The notes under the pieces were generated by a model that saw nothing but the letters and a program-made list of their open reading frames with translations, searched no databases and had not been told where the DNA came from. Shown in pieces: positions 1 to 10,830 of a stretch of DNA of 64,000 nt. Source of the DNA: Candidatus Altimarinota bacterium (lineage in GTDB: Bacteria > Patescibacteriota > Gracilibacteria > CAIRYL01 > GCA-016699755). The stretch spans positions 672,001 to 736,000 of the forward strand of contig OY760935.1 in NCBI GenBank assembly GCA_963664295.1, in the 5' to 3' direction. The translations under genes and the position numbers were made by a program. The first letter of the stretch is position 1; each line of letters opens with the position of its first letter.

Positions 1-471
1 ATTAACTCCTTCACGCAATTTATCTAAAGCACCTTTTACTAGAGGTTTATTTAGCTCAACTAAATATACTTTTTTATGCTCAAAACTGGGATGAGTAAGT
101 TGATAAGCTAAGTCACCATCATTAGTAAGCAATATTAAACCTGTTGTTTCTTTGTCTAGCCTGCCAACAGGATAAACTCGCTCTGGCACATCTAATAAAT
201 CAATTACTATTTTTCTCTCTACTTTTGTTTTATGAGTTGAACAAACATAAGCCAATGGCTTATTTAAAGCATATACCACTTTTTTTTGCTCTCTTTCTTG
301 AATTGCTTTTTCCGAAACTTCCACCTTGTCTTTTTCTGGATCTATTTTTACCCCCTGCTCTGTTATTGTTTTTCCATTCACCTTCACAGCACCCTGATCC
401 ATAAGCTTTTCTGCTTCTCTGCGAGAACATACACCTTGATCAGCCAAATATTTATTTAATCTTATCTGCAC
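1..471 (-). CDS. rRNA pseudouridine synthase (RsuA/RluB family), 3' end outside window
   Basis: Not in the ORF track; manual translation from GTG at 471 gives (M)QIRLNKYLADQGVCSRREAE (S4 domain) ... RVYPVGRLDKETTGLILLTNDG (catalytic GRLD motif). Confidence 0.93.
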   Translation of the reverse strand, partial: MQIRLNKYLADQGVCSRREAEKLMDQGAVKVNGKTITEQGVKIDPEKDKVEVSEKAIQEREQKKVVYALNKPLAYVCSTHKTKVERKIVIDLLDVPERVYPVGRLDKETTGLILLTNDGDLAYQLTHPSFEHKKVYLVELNKPLVKGALDKLREGVN

Positions 472-549
472 ATAGTTATTATAACAAAAAAATTATTTGC
501 CATTTAAAAAAAAGCATGACACAATTTTTTCATCTTTTTTTAAAAAAAC

Positions 550-750
550 ATGGCTGACAACGACAATAAAGTACAAGTTAACCAAGATCTTTGCATTGGC
601 TGTGGCATGTGCGCATCAATATCTCCAGATATTTTTGCAATTAATCACGAAATCGGCAAAGCTGAGGTTAAAGATGACATGGAAAATGCTTGCGATCAAG
701 CCACTCAAGCAAAAGATATGTGTCCTGTTGGCGCTATATCTTGTGAATAA
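550..750 (+). CDS. Single-cluster ferredoxin
   Basis: CIGCGMC ... CPVGAI motif, 66 aa, acidic. Confidence 0.9.
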   Translation: MADNDNKVQVNQDLCIGCGMCASISPDIFAINHEIGKAEVKDDMENACDQATQAKDMCPVGAISCE

Positions 751-769
751 ATAATTTTTATATTTAAAA

Positions 770-997
770 ATGATAACTAAAGAAATGAAAATTTCTACGA
801 TAGTGACGCGCTATCCGGAAAGTATTGATATTTTTTTCGATTTTGGAATGGGCTGTGTTGGTTGCCCTTCTGCGGCTTTTGAAAGCGTAGAAGATGGCGC
901 AAAAAAACACGGTCTTAACGAAGACGAGCTAGAAGACCTTTTGGATCAACTAAACGAAGTTGCAGAAACAGAAGAGGTTGCAAATGAGGAAGAATAA
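770..997 (+). CDS. DUF1858 (hybrid-cluster-associated redox disulfide) domain protein
   Basis: ITKEMKI..IV..YPE...F..FGMGCVGCP.A.FES.EDGA..HG pattern. Confidence 0.85.
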   Translation: MITKEMKISTIVTRYPESIDIFFDFGMGCVGCPSAAFESVEDGAKKHGLNEDELEDLLDQLNEVAETEEVANEEE

Positions 998-1408
998 CTA
1001 ACTTAATTCTTTTAAAAATAAAATTTCTAAAGGCTCTTTTGGCATAATCAATGAACCACATTCTTGATATCCCAATTTTTTATAAAAAAATTGAGCCTCT
1101 TCATTAGATAAAGATGAAGTCATTATTAGTTTGTAATCTTTTTTTCGCATTTCATTTTCCCAAAAATCAAGTATTTGCTTGCCAATTCCTTGATTTCTAA
1201 AGCTTTTTTGTGCGTACAATAAATTAACAAAAGGAATATTATCCCAAAAATATCCCCACCGAAGCCAAGCAATAATTCTATCTTCTTTTTTTACAACAAT
1301 AATTTCTTTGTTTTTAATTTTTTGCTCAAGCATTGCACTTGAAATATGCTTATCTTCTTTGAAGATATTTTTGTCTTTTAATTCAAGATATTGAATATTT
1401 AAACTCAT
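998..1408 (-). CDS. GNAT family N-acetyltransferase
   Basis: RNQGIG acetyl-CoA motif A; AQFFYKKLGY motif B. Confidence 0.85.
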   Translation of the reverse strand: MSLNIQYLELKDKNIFKEDKHISSAMLEQKIKNKEIIVVKKEDRIIAWLRWGYFWDNIPFVNLLYAQKSFRNQGIGKQILDFWENEMRKKDYKLIMTSSLSNEEAQFFYKKLGYQECGSLIMPKEPLEILFLKELS

Positions 1409-3717
1409 AGAGTTTTAATCTTTTTCTCTGTTTTAAATCCTTGAAGAATATCCCCTTCTTCTACTTTTATCTTACCTTCAAACTGAATACCACATTCTTG
1501 GTTTTCTTCTATTTTATCTACTTTTTTCTCAAAATGCTGAATAATAGAAGCAGTACCCTCACCCACTTTTTCATTATTTCTAAGTACAACTATTTTTTGA
1601 CCTTTTTCTATAAAACCCTTATTAACTTTACAACCAACAATAAGCACTTTTCCTTTTGACCAAAAAATCTTCTTTGCTTCTGCTTCTCCTGTCAATATTT
1701 CTTCATATTCTGGCTCAAGCAAGCCCTCTAAAATCTTTTTCACTGTTTCTGTAAGTTCAAAAATAATATCAAAATTTTGAACCTCGGTTTTTTCTTGCTC
1801 TGCTATTCGTTTTACCCTTGGCGAAGTGCGAACATTAAAGCTCACAACAATTCCTTGGCTTGCTGCTGCCATCAAAACATCACTTTCTGTCACAGCGCCA
1901 ACACCAGCATGAATTACTTTTACTGCTACTTCATCATTTTTGATTTTTTCCAACTCCTGACGAACAGCCTCAAGAGAACCATCACTATCTGCCTTAAGAA
2001 CAACTTTCAAAAAATTCATCTTGCCCATTTTAAGTTGTTCCATAATTTCACCAACTCCCATACCAGCACCAGATTTATCACCTTCCAGATCTGAAATTTC
2101 TTCTAATTTTTGCTTAACTATTTTATTTGAAGCAAAAACTTGCAATATTTCACCAGCTGGCACGCTTTCTGAAAGACCGGCAATTTGCACAGCATCAGAA
2201 GGACCTGCTTTTTTTATTTTTTTACCCTCATCAGTAAGCATGGATTTAATCTTTCCACCTACTTTTCCAACAATAAAATTATCAGCAATTTTTAAAGTAC
2301 CTGTATTTATTAAAATAGTAGCAACTGGACCTAATGATTCATCTAAATGAGACTCTATTACAGTGCCAACTGCTAATCTTTTTGGATTTGCTTTTAACTC
2401 AAGCATTTCAGAAACAAGTACAATCATATCTAAAAGCGTGTCTATGCCCTCACCAGTAAGACCAGAAACAGGCACTGTGACGGTGCTTCCTCCCCAATCT
2501 TCTGGAGTGAGATCATGAGAAGATAATTCTCCTTTTACCTTATCTATATTTGCACTTGGACGGTCAATTTTATTGATAGCAACTATTATAGTTGATCCTG
2601 CCTCACGAGCATGATTAATAGCCTCGATTGTTTGTGGTTTTACTCCTTCGTCTGCTGCAACAACCAAAATAGCAATATCTGCTGTTTTTGCACCTCTGGC
2701 ACGCATGGCAGTAAAAGCTTCATGCCCAGGAGTGTCTAAAAAAGTAATTATCTTACCTTTTTTTGTTATTTGATGAGCACCAATTCTCTGTGTAATGCCC
2801 CCTGCTTCACTTTCAGCAACTTTTGTTTTATGAATTGCATCTAATATTTTAGTTTTACCGTGATCAACATGACCCATAACAGCAACAACTGGTGGTCTTT
2901 CTGTTAAGTTTTCTTTTTCATCTGCGAGCAATTTATCTAAATCTTTAGCAAATAAATCCTTAGAACTAGCGGTAGTTTGCTCTTTTTTAACCTTCACCTC
3001 AAGCTCATCAGCAACAATAGCGCAAGTGTCAAAATCAATTGTGTTGTTTATTGTTGCCATTACGCCATTTTTAATCAATATTGCTACTATTTTTGATGGA
3101 CTAACGCCAATTTTTTCAGAAAATTCTTTCACAATAATTTTTTCTGGCAATTCTACTGTGCCTTCTTTCTTTTTTAACTCTGGCGTCTTTGATTTTGCTT
3201 TTTGAAAAACTTTTTGTTCAAGCTTTTCCGCTTCTATTTCTTCTTTGGATTTTCTTTTTTTCTGCTCTACTTTTGACTTTGTTTGTGCTTTTTTAGCTTC
3301 TTCAGGTGATATTTCTATTTTTCTAAAAATAGCTCTTTTTGGCTTATCTTCTTCTTTTTCGCTTTCTTTTTCTTCTTTTTTCTTTGCTTTAATTTTCTTT
3401 TCTTCTTTGCTTTGTTGGCTATCTTCTCTGGATTGCTTGGCAATTCTACTCATTCTTTCTAAGGCGCTTTCTTCTTTTTGTTCCTCTGCCTCCTCTTCTT
3501 GAACCTCCTCTACTTCCTCCTCAAAACTAATTAATGGTGCAATTTTTTTGCCCAATTTGCGAGCAACAAAGCGCACAATACCATTAGCAATGCTTTCTGG
3601 AAATTCACGCTCCGAAGGGCGAACGCCAAAATTAACCTCACTAAGATATTTTCTAAGTTCTTGTGTGCTTATGCCTAAATGTTGTGCAACTGTTATTGCG
3701 CGTATCTTTTTATTCAC
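1405..3717 (-). CDS. infB: Translation initiation factor IF-2
   Basis: [29 protein letters not shown] and NKID GTPase motifs. Confidence 0.98.
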   Translation of the reverse strand: MNKKIRAITVAQHLGISTQELRKYLSEVNFGVRPSEREFPESIANGIVRFVARKLGKKIAPLISFEEEVEEVQEEEAEEQKEESALERMSRIAKQSREDSQQSKEEKKIKAKKKEEKESEKEEDKPKRAIFRKIEISPEEAKKAQTKSKVEQKKRKSKEEIEAEKLEQKVFQKAKSKTPELKKKEGTVELPEKIIVKEFSEKIGVSPSKIVAILIKNGVMATINNTIDFDTCAIVADELEVKVKKEQTTASSKDLFAKDLDKLLADEKENLTERPPVVAVMGHVDHGKTKILDAIHKTKVAESEAGGITQRIGAHQITKKGKIITFLDTPGHEAFTAMRARGAKTADIAILVVAADEGVKPQTIEAINHAREAGSTIIVAINKIDRPSANIDKVKGELSSHDLTPEDWGGSTVTVPVSGLTGEGIDTLLDMIVLVSEMLELKANPKRLAVGTVIESHLDESLGPVATILINTGTLKIADNFIVGKVGGKIKSMLTDEGKKIKKAGPSDAVQIAGLSESVPAGEILQVFASNKIVKQKLEEISDLEGDKSGAGMGVGEIMEQLKMGKMNFLKVVLKADSDGSLEAVRQELEKIKNDEVAVKVIHAGVGAVTESDVLMAAASQGIVVSFNVRTSPRVKRIAEQEKTEVQNFDIIFELTETVKKILEGLLEPEYEEILTGEAEAKKIFWSKGKVLIVGCKVNKGFIEKGQKIVVLRNNEKVGEGTASIIQHFEKKVDKIEENQECGIQFEGKIKVEEGDILQGFKTEKKIKTL

Positions 3718-3805
3718 CTATTTAGGATGCCATTAAATAAAAGCTAAGGCAAGTCAAAAGCTTAAACACTTCACATTTTCTAAAAAAAATGAGAAAATAT
3801 TAAAG

Positions 3806-4507
3806 ATGAAATACAAAAAAATACTTTTAAAGATATCTGGCGAAACTTTTTCTGAAAATAATTCAAATATTAGTAAGAATCGTTTAGAACAATTTACAGA
3901 AGAATTAAAAGAATTATTAGAGCTTGGTGTAGAAATCGGTCTAGTTATTGGTGGAGGAAATTTTTGGCGCAAACGTGATTTTGGCGAACTTGAGCTTGAG
4001 CCTACAAAATCAGATGAAATTGGCATGATGGCAACAATAATGAATGGACTTATTTTTTCCGCTTACCTAAAAACAAAAAATATTCCTGTTAAGGTTTTTT
4101 CTGCCAAACTTGCTCCAGGATTTGCAGAAAACTACAACGAAGAAGAAGCAAAAAAAGCATTAAAAAAAGGCAAAATAACAATCTTAACCGGAGGCACAGG
4201 TAATCCATTTTTTACCACTGACTCCGCTGTAGTTTTAAGAGCACTAGAACTAGGTTCTGATGTTATATTCAAAGGCACAAAAGTAGATGGTGTTTTTGAC
4301 TCTGACCCAGAAACAAATCCTTCTGCCAAAAAATTCGAAAAAATATCTTACGAAGAAGCAATAGAAAAAAACCTTAAAGTAATGGATCAAACTGCTTTTT
4401 CTTTAGCTTTAAACAAAAGACTTCCTTTGCTAGTTTTTAATATCTTTGAAAAAGGAGCACTCAAAAAGGCAGTAAATGGAGAAAAAATCGGCACCCTTGT
4501 AATTTAA
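3806..4507 (+). CDS. pyrH: UMP kinase
   Basis: LLKISGE, GGGNFWR, GTGNPFFTTDS; syntenic with frr. Confidence 0.97.
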   Translation: MKYKKILLKISGETFSENNSNISKNRLEQFTEELKELLELGVEIGLVIGGGNFWRKRDFGELELEPTKSDEIGMMATIMNGLIFSAYLKTKNIPVKVFSAKLAPGFAENYNEEEAKKALKKGKITILTGGTGNPFFTTDSAVVLRALELGSDVIFKGTKVDGVFDSDPETNPSAKKFEKISYEEAIEKNLKVMDQTAFSLALNKRLPLLVFNIFEKGALKKAVNGEKIGTLVI

Positions 4508-4548
4508 AATTTTTTCTGGCAATATTTTTTGCGATCTTTGTTTTTCTT

Positions 4549-5106
4549 ATGCCAGAACATACTTTGCAGGAGGCAAAAGACCGCTTCCAAAAGGCTCTTG
4601 ATTTTCTAAAAAAAGAATATTCCACGCTTCATACGGGCAGGGCAGACTCTCGCCTTGTTGAAGATGTTTCTATAGACGCTTATGGCTCAACTCAGCCCTT
4701 AAAGCATCTAGCTAATATCTCTATTGATGCACAAACAATAATGATCTCACCATGGGACAAATCCATGCTTCAAGTAATTGAAAAATCTTTAGAAAATAAT
4801 TCAAAAATTAGCTTTAGTATGCAAAATGATGGCACTGTTATTCGTCTTAATGTGCCACCTCTAACAGAGGAAAGCAGAAAAGAAATTGCAAAAACAGTTC
4901 ATTCAATGGCGGAAAACGCTCGCATATCTGTACGCAATGCTCGTCACGATCTTCACTCTGTTTTAAAAAAGAAAAAAGACGATAAAGAAGTTTCTGAAGA
5001 TGAATTTTTCAGAACAGAAAAAGAGCTACAAGAAAAAGTTGATGAAACAAATAAAAAAATCGACGAACTAGCAAAAAATAAAGAATCAGAAATTATGACA
5101 ATTTAA
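4549..5106 (+). CDS. frr: Ribosome recycling factor
   Basis: TGRA, IRLNVPPLTEESRKE, ARISVRNAR. Confidence 0.97.
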   Translation: MPEHTLQEAKDRFQKALDFLKKEYSTLHTGRADSRLVEDVSIDAYGSTQPLKHLANISIDAQTIMISPWDKSMLQVIEKSLENNSKISFSMQNDGTVIRLNVPPLTEESRKEIAKTVHSMAENARISVRNARHDLHSVLKKKKDDKEVSEDEFFRTEKELQEKVDETNKKIDELAKNKESEIMTI

Positions 5107-5115
5107 AAACAATAA

Positions 5116-6300
5116 ATGACTATTTTATTATCTATCCTAGCCTTTTTAATTATTTTTTCTGCGCTCGTACTTGTTCATGAGTTTGGACATTATATTGCAG
5201 CGCGCAAAAGCGGAGTATATGTAAAAGAGTTTGGCTTTGGATTACCACCAAGACTGTGGGGCAAGGAAACAAGTCGCTGGGTGACCTATAAAGATAAAAG
5301 TGGTAAAAAAATCCGCAGAAAAGAAAAAATGATCTGGTCGTTAAACTGGATACCTTTTGGTGGTTTTGTGAGAATGTTAGGAGAAGATGACACCAGTAAA
5401 GAGATAAAAAACGATCCTCGTGCTTTTTTTAATAGACCTTTAGGCTCAAGAATATTGATTGTTGTTGCTGGGGTTTTGATGAATTTTTTAATGGCTTGGG
5501 TTTTGCTAACCATTGCTTTTTCTATTGGCGCACAACCATTACTAATCAATGAAAAAGAAGCCAAAAACTACCTAGAAACAGGCGTAATGGAAAGATCTAA
5601 TGGTGTTGTTTTGGAAAGCATAACACCAGAAATCAAAGAAAAAGCAGAATTGGAAGCAGGCGATATAATTCTTAGCATAAACAATAAAGAAGTTAATAGC
5701 CCAAAAGAAATAACAAGCCTATTAGAAACAGCAAATCTAACAAATGATGCAATTGAATTAAAAATAAAAAGAATATCTGAAGAAGAAGATTTACTATTTA
5801 CTACAAACATAGCTATTGGCTCAGGTGAAAAATTAGGAACACTATACCCTATCCCTCCAATAGAAAAAGTAAACAACTTAAAATTACCTGTTCATAAAGC
5901 AGGTTTTTATTCTTTAGTAAAAATAGGTAAATTTTCTGTTTTAACTGTTGAAGCTTTTGGTAAAACAATAGGAAAAATTATCAGAACCGCTTCTCCTCCA
6001 GATAATGTTTCTGGCCCTGTGGGCATTGCTCGTTTAACACACCAATTTGTTCAACTTGGAGACATAATGACTTTAATTCTGTTTACTGCCATGATTTCTA
6101 TTTCTCTTGCTGTTTTAAATATTATGCCTTTGCCTGCTTTAGATGGTGGTCGTTTAATGTTTTTACTTTTTGAGTTATTCACAGGCAAAAAACCAAGTGT
6201 AAAATGGGAAGCCATGATTCACGGCATAGGATTTGCCTTGCTATTGGCGCTTATTGCAGTGGTGACTTACTCAGATATTTTGAAAATTTTTAACAAATAG
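5116..6300 (+). CDS. rseP: RIP metalloprotease RseP (M50, PDZ)
   Basis: HEFGH zinc motif, IPFGGFVRM, NIMPLPALDGG. Confidence 0.95.
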   Translation: MTILLSILAFLIIFSALVLVHEFGHYIAARKSGVYVKEFGFGLPPRLWGKETSRWVTYKDKSGKKIRRKEKMIWSLNWIPFGGFVRMLGEDDTSKEIKNDPRAFFNRPLGSRILIVVAGVLMNFLMAWVLLTIAFSIGAQPLLINEKEAKNYLETGVMERSNGVVLESITPEIKEKAELEAGDIILSINNKEVNSPKEITSLLETANLTNDAIELKIKRISEEEDLLFTTNIAIGSGEKLGTLYPIPPIEKVNNLKLPVHKAGFYSLVKIGKFSVLTVEAFGKTIGKIIRTASPPDNVSGPVGIARLTHQFVQLGDIMTLILFTAMISISLAVLNIMPLPALDGGRLMFLLFELFTGKKPSVKWEAMIHGIGFALLLALIAVVTYSDILKIFNK

Positions 6301-6808
6301 AATTTTTTATTCTTTGTTCTGCGTTAATTTTTTCTAAAATTTGCAAAACTGTAGGTAACACTAACTCATCTATTTTTTCATTATTTTTTATTTTTGTGCG
6401 CACTATAGTAGCAGAAATATTTAATCTTTGCTCAAGGTCGCAAATTTTTATGTCTTTTTCGTATTTTTCAAATAAATCTTTTACTATTTTTGATCCTGTA
6501 TAAACTGTATTAAAAGGTGGCAAAAAAGACTTCACATGCTTTGTCCATAAAGTAAAATTATTAATATCACGAATTGAGGTAATAAAATATTTATCACGAG
6601 GAATACCAGCTTCTTCCAAGGCAGACCAAATCATTAAAAATCTTTCCCCTGCTGTAAAAGGATTATTTTCTTCATAGGCATCTTCTGCGCTACCAATAGC
6701 AATTAAAATTGTATCTGGATTTTCTTTTTCTAATATTTGTTTTATTGCATCAAGATGACCCAAATGAAATGGTTGAAATCTGCCAATATAAAGCACTGTC
6801 TTTTTCAT
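6290..6808 (-). CDS. Nicotinamide-nucleotide adenylyltransferase (archaeal/NadM type)
   Basis: GRFQPFHLGH, IGSA, NPFTAGER, ISATIVR. Confidence 0.9.
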   Translation of the reverse strand: MKKTVLYIGRFQPFHLGHLDAIKQILEKENPDTILIAIGSAEDAYEENNPFTAGERFLMIWSALEEAGIPRDKYFITSIRDINNFTLWTKHVKSFLPPFNTVYTGSKIVKDLFEKYEKDIKICDLEQRLNISATIVRTKIKNNEKIDELVLPTVLQILEKINAEQRIKNSIC

Positions 6809-6908
6809 CTATTTTAATTTTACATATTTTTTAATATTTTTAAAAATACTCCCCTAGTAAAAAATCAAAATATAAGGTAAAAATATAAGGTCTTATTTTT
6901 AATATTCA

Positions 6909-7964
6909 ATGTCTAGCTACGAAGAATCAGGCGTAAACATAGCCCTCGGTGATTCAGCCTCAAGAACAGCTTTTTTGTATGCAGCAAAAACATTTGGCGT
7001 ACGCCAAGGTCTCATAGGCGAACCATTAGCAGAAGAAGGCGGTTTTACAGGCTTACTTAATTTTGGCAATTTCTATCTTGCCATGAATGCCGATGGCGTG
7101 GGCACAAAAATAGAATTAGCTAGAAAATTACAATATTTTGACGGCCTTGGCTATGATCTTTTGGCTATGGTGGCTGATGATGGAATTTGCATGGGCGCAG
7201 AAACAGTAGCAATAACTAACACTTTTGATACTGACAAAGTTCGTCCTGATGAAATTGAAAAAATGATGAAAAGCTTGTCAAAAGCTTGTATTGAGCAAGA
7301 AGTTGTTATTGCTGGCGGAGAAATTGCAGAAATGAACACACTCTGCAATGGCACAATGTGGAACGCAACTTCAATTGGCGTAGTTAAAAAAGACAAAATT
7401 ATTAACGGAGATAAAATTGAAATTGGCGATGCCGTTATTTCGCTTTATGAAGAGGGTTTGCGCTCTAATGGCTTTTCTCTTGTGCGCAAAATAATAAAAG
7501 AAAAAAACTTGGGACAAGAAATGGAAAAACTTGTCCTCACTCCATCAACAATATATATGCGTGCTGTGCTTTCAGCTTTACATGGTGCTTTTGATCAAGA
7601 TAAAAAAGTAGATCTACACGGACTTTGCCATGTCACTGGCGGAGGCATTGCTGGTAATTTACGGAGAATACTCAAGAAAAAAGGCTTAGGAGCAAGGCTT
7701 GATGACATTTTTAAACCTTCAGATTGGGTCAAAGAACTACAAACTGAAGGAGAAGTTGCTGACAAAGAGGCTTATTCTGTCTGGAATATGGGCAATGGTA
7801 TGCTGATTGTAATTAATCCAAAAGATGCAGATAAGGCCATATCTGAACTTAAAAAAGTAGGAATAAAAGCAAAAATAGTAGGAAAAATAAGCAAAAATCC
7901 ACAAATAATTGTGCGTAATCACGGAGCACAAAAACGAGAAAGAAATTTAATTTTTGACGAATAA
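6909..7964 (+). CDS. purM: Phosphoribosylformylglycinamidine cyclo-ligase (AIR synthase)
   Basis: SYEESGVNI, DGVGTK, GGEIAEM, GLRSNGFSLVR, HVTGGG, NMGNGM. Confidence 0.95.
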   Translation: MSSYEESGVNIALGDSASRTAFLYAAKTFGVRQGLIGEPLAEEGGFTGLLNFGNFYLAMNADGVGTKIELARKLQYFDGLGYDLLAMVADDGICMGAETVAITNTFDTDKVRPDEIEKMMKSLSKACIEQEVVIAGGEIAEMNTLCNGTMWNATSIGVVKKDKIINGDKIEIGDAVISLYEEGLRSNGFSLVRKIIKEKNLGQEMEKLVLTPSTIYMRAVLSALHGAFDQDKKVDLHGLCHVTGGGIAGNLRRILKKKGLGARLDDIFKPSDWVKELQTEGEVADKEAYSVWNMGNGMLIVINPKDADKAISELKKVGIKAKIVGKISKNPQIIVRNHGAQKRERNLIFDE

Positions 7965-7991
7965 TTTTATATTTTAAAAAACTCCCAAAAC

Positions 7992-9077
7992 ATGATTGAA
8001 AATTTCGAAACCCTATTTAAGTGGTCTCAAACAGATTTTCTTTCCCCTAAAAAAATTGACGACCTGAGAAACTTTTTTGGTAATCTTGAAATTGCCTGGG
8101 AAAAAGGCGATGAAAAATCATTCAAAAAAGCAGGAATAAATCCAAATAGCGTAGATGGGTTTTTTCAGCGCAAAACAAAATTAAATATTGAAAAACTTTG
8201 GCAAAAATACCAAAAAATCGGTGCAAAAATGATGTTTATTGAGGACGAAAATTACCCTCAACAATTAAAAGAAATAGACGCACCACCTATTTTTTTGTTT
8301 TATAAAGGTGAAATAAAAGAACAAGATAATTTTGCCTTTGCTGTGGTTGGGTCACGGGTTTATTCTGCCTATGGCAAAGAAGCCACACTAAAAATAGTGC
8401 CTGATATTGCCAAAGCTGGTTTCACTATTGTTTCCGGGCTTGCCAGAGGAATAGACACACTAGCACATAAAGAAGCTTTGCGTATGGAGGGTCGCACACT
8501 GGCCATTTTAGGCTCAGGAATAGATAATATCTGGCCTAGTGAAAATCGTAGCTTGGCTGAAAAAATTATTGATGGACAAGGTGCGGTTATTTCTGAATTT
8601 CCTCTTGGTACTGCGCCAATTGGCTATAACTTTCCTCGCAGAAACAGAATTATTTCCGGTCTTTCCAAGGGAGTTTTAGTAATCGAGGGCAAGAAAAAAT
8701 CCGGCTCACTCATCACAGCACATATTGCGCTTAATCAAGGCCGAGAGGTTTTTTCTCTGCCAGGCAATGGCTTTTCTGCCCTTTCCGAAGGCCCAAACAC
8801 GCTAATTAAAAAAGGTGAAGCAAAACTAGTCACTTGCGTAGAAGATATTTTGGAAGAATTTAATCTTGATTTAAAAACTGAAAAAAAAGATTTACGCGTA
8901 CCAAAAAATGAAAAAGAAAAATCTCTTTTAGATATTCTGGGTGATAATCCAAAAATGTTTGATGAAATTGTAGCAGAAAGCGAGCTTGGCTCTGCAGAGA
9001 TTTCTTCCTTGCTTACTATTTTAGAAATAAAAGGCTATGCCCAAAATTTAGGCATGGGGCAATGGGTGAGAATATAA
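7992..9077 (+). CDS. dprA: DNA-processing protein DprA
   Basis: AVVGSR, IVSGLARGID, FPRRNRIISGLS, SGSLITA; C-terminal winged helix. Confidence 0.96.
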   Translation: MIENFETLFKWSQTDFLSPKKIDDLRNFFGNLEIAWEKGDEKSFKKAGINPNSVDGFFQRKTKLNIEKLWQKYQKIGAKMMFIEDENYPQQLKEIDAPPIFLFYKGEIKEQDNFAFAVVGSRVYSAYGKEATLKIVPDIAKAGFTIVSGLARGIDTLAHKEALRMEGRTLAILGSGIDNIWPSENRSLAEKIIDGQGAVISEFPLGTAPIGYNFPRRNRIISGLSKGVLVIEGKKKSGSLITAHIALNQGREVFSLPGNGFSALSEGPNTLIKKGEAKLVTCVEDILEEFNLDLKTEKKDLRVPKNEKEKSLLDILGDNPKMFDEIVAESELGSAEISSLLTILEIKGYAQNLGMGQWVRI

Positions 9078-9078
9078 A

Positions 9079-10830
9079 TCACCTCACAACAGTCGCCTTA
9101 AAAGGGTTTCTGTCTGAATAATTACCGGAAACATCATGCAAATCAGGAATAATTACTTGATAATATTCCCCTTTTTGATTTGTAATACCTGATAATGTCA
9201 AAATCACTGCCAAATCTTTTATTTCTACATTTTCAACTTTAATTTGTTCATTTACCCTATTTTCTTTGTCTAAATCAATTACTCGAATAACCGAAGAAGC
9301 AAGTGAAGGTGCTATTTTTTCTGAAAATCTCAGCTCAAGATGAGTATCGTCATTAAATTCTGCCCATTGCAAAATAGGTGAAAACCTGTCTGGACGACGA
9401 AAAACAGAAATTTTTCTATCAATAGGCAAGGCAAAATCACAAGTAAGCACATTTTCAGTATCACGCAAATTATCGCAACCATAAGCATCAAAGCTAGTAT
9501 CATTTGCTCCACGAAAAACAAGACTATATTGTTCACTTAAAACTCCTGGCTGTTTTACAAAAATAAAATCAAATTGCTGATCAAAATTAATTTTATGTGG
9601 CAAATTAAATTCATAAGTAAAAATTTTACTCTCTCCAGGTTCAAGTTCAAAAAAATGACCAAACTCAGTGCGATTTTCCAAATCTTCTTTTGTAATTGCG
9701 GTTTCAAAGTCACCAGAACTAGCACTAATTTTCGCTCCTTTTGGTCGTAATATTCTTAAATAAGCCTGATAATGATCAGATTGCAGATTATATGTGCCCT
9801 CGTGTGCTATGCGAATTGTTAATTGTTCAGTCAAATTGCCATCTTCATCAAGATAAAACGAGCTCCAATAATTACGTTTCATAAAACGATCTGCTTTTCG
9901 GCCTCCTATATTGGCAATATTGATAGAAAAAAAGTCCTGCTCCGGCAAAGCGCCAGTCCAGCCATGCTCTGTGAAATCTTTTTGCAAACTCTTGTCATGG
10001 AAAAACACTAAAAAATGCTTTTCGTTTCCCATTTGCGCCAAAAGTTCAAAAAGATTATCCCAGCGAGAAGGAGTTGAAAAAATCTTAGCAACTAACTGAT
10101 CTGCTAAAGGTCCAAAAAAGTTTTTTCTATTTTGCCATTCTTCTTCATTGTGCAGATCGAAATCTTTGCTGTTTTTTTGTAAGGTTTGGAAAAAATTCTC
10201 ACTATTAAGAACTTTTCCGTCGATTTCAAAAGGACCAAAAAGGTCAATAAGCTGAGCGATTGTGTGAATATCTACAGCAAAAATTGCATCAAATTCTGTG
10301 CCAAAAAATCGCGGATCATTGCGCAAAAACAACTCTGCCTGCTTTGCATTCTCGACAAAATCAGGCGAAAAACCAGAATCATGAAAAACCCAACCTCTAT
10401 ATTTTTCATCCTGGGAAAAGATTTTTTCAATTGGTTCTGGTGCTGTAACTATTTCTGTTGGTGGTTCAACAGAAATAGAGTCATAAACAACCACTTCTTT
10501 GCCCCCAAAGCTAACTTTAATCACAGCAAAAGAAGTAATAAAACCACCTGTTGGCCTTAGTTCGTTTTCATTTTGCAAAAGAACTAAATAAGTTTTTTCT
10601 CCAAAAAAACCAACCAAAGAAGGTAAATCATCTGCCAAAAAAGCAAAAGGTCCAAGAATAATTCTGGTAATCCAAAAGAAAATTATAAAAATCAACACTA
10701 AAATACTAGTAATTATTTTATGTCTCCAAATAAATCTACCTATTGCTTTCCAAAAATTTTTAAACTTTTGCCAAAAAGTTTTTTTTAGAAAAATATTTTT
10801 TGATTGAAATTCGCTTTTTTGTTTGTTCAT
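9079..10830 (-). CDS. DUF4012 domain membrane-anchored protein with C-terminal Ig-like domain
   Basis: N-terminal TM; YLVLLQNENELRPTGGFI signature; FSPDF. Confidence 0.8.
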   Translation of the reverse strand: MNKQKSEFQSKNIFLKKTFWQKFKNFWKAIGRFIWRHKIITSILVLIFIIFFWITRIILGPFAFLADDLPSLVGFFGEKTYLVLLQNENELRPTGGFITSFAVIKVSFGGKEVVVYDSISVEPPTEIVTAPEPIEKIFSQDEKYRGWVFHDSGFSPDFVENAKQAELFLRNDPRFFGTEFDAIFAVDIHTIAQLIDLFGPFEIDGKVLNSENFFQTLQKNSKDFDLHNEEEWQNRKNFFGPLADQLVAKIFSTPSRWDNLFELLAQMGNEKHFLVFFHDKSLQKDFTEHGWTGALPEQDFFSINIANIGGRKADRFMKRNYWSSFYLDEDGNLTEQLTIRIAHEGTYNLQSDHYQAYLRILRPKGAKISASSGDFETAITKEDLENRTEFGHFFELEPGESKIFTYEFNLPHKINFDQQFDFIFVKQPGVLSEQYSLVFRGANDTSFDAYGCDNLRDTENVLTCDFALPIDRKISVFRRPDRFSPILQWAEFNDDTHLELRFSEKIAPSLASSVIRVIDLDKENRVNEQIKVENVEIKDLAVILTLSGITNQKGEYYQVIIPDLHDVSGNYSDRNPFKATVVR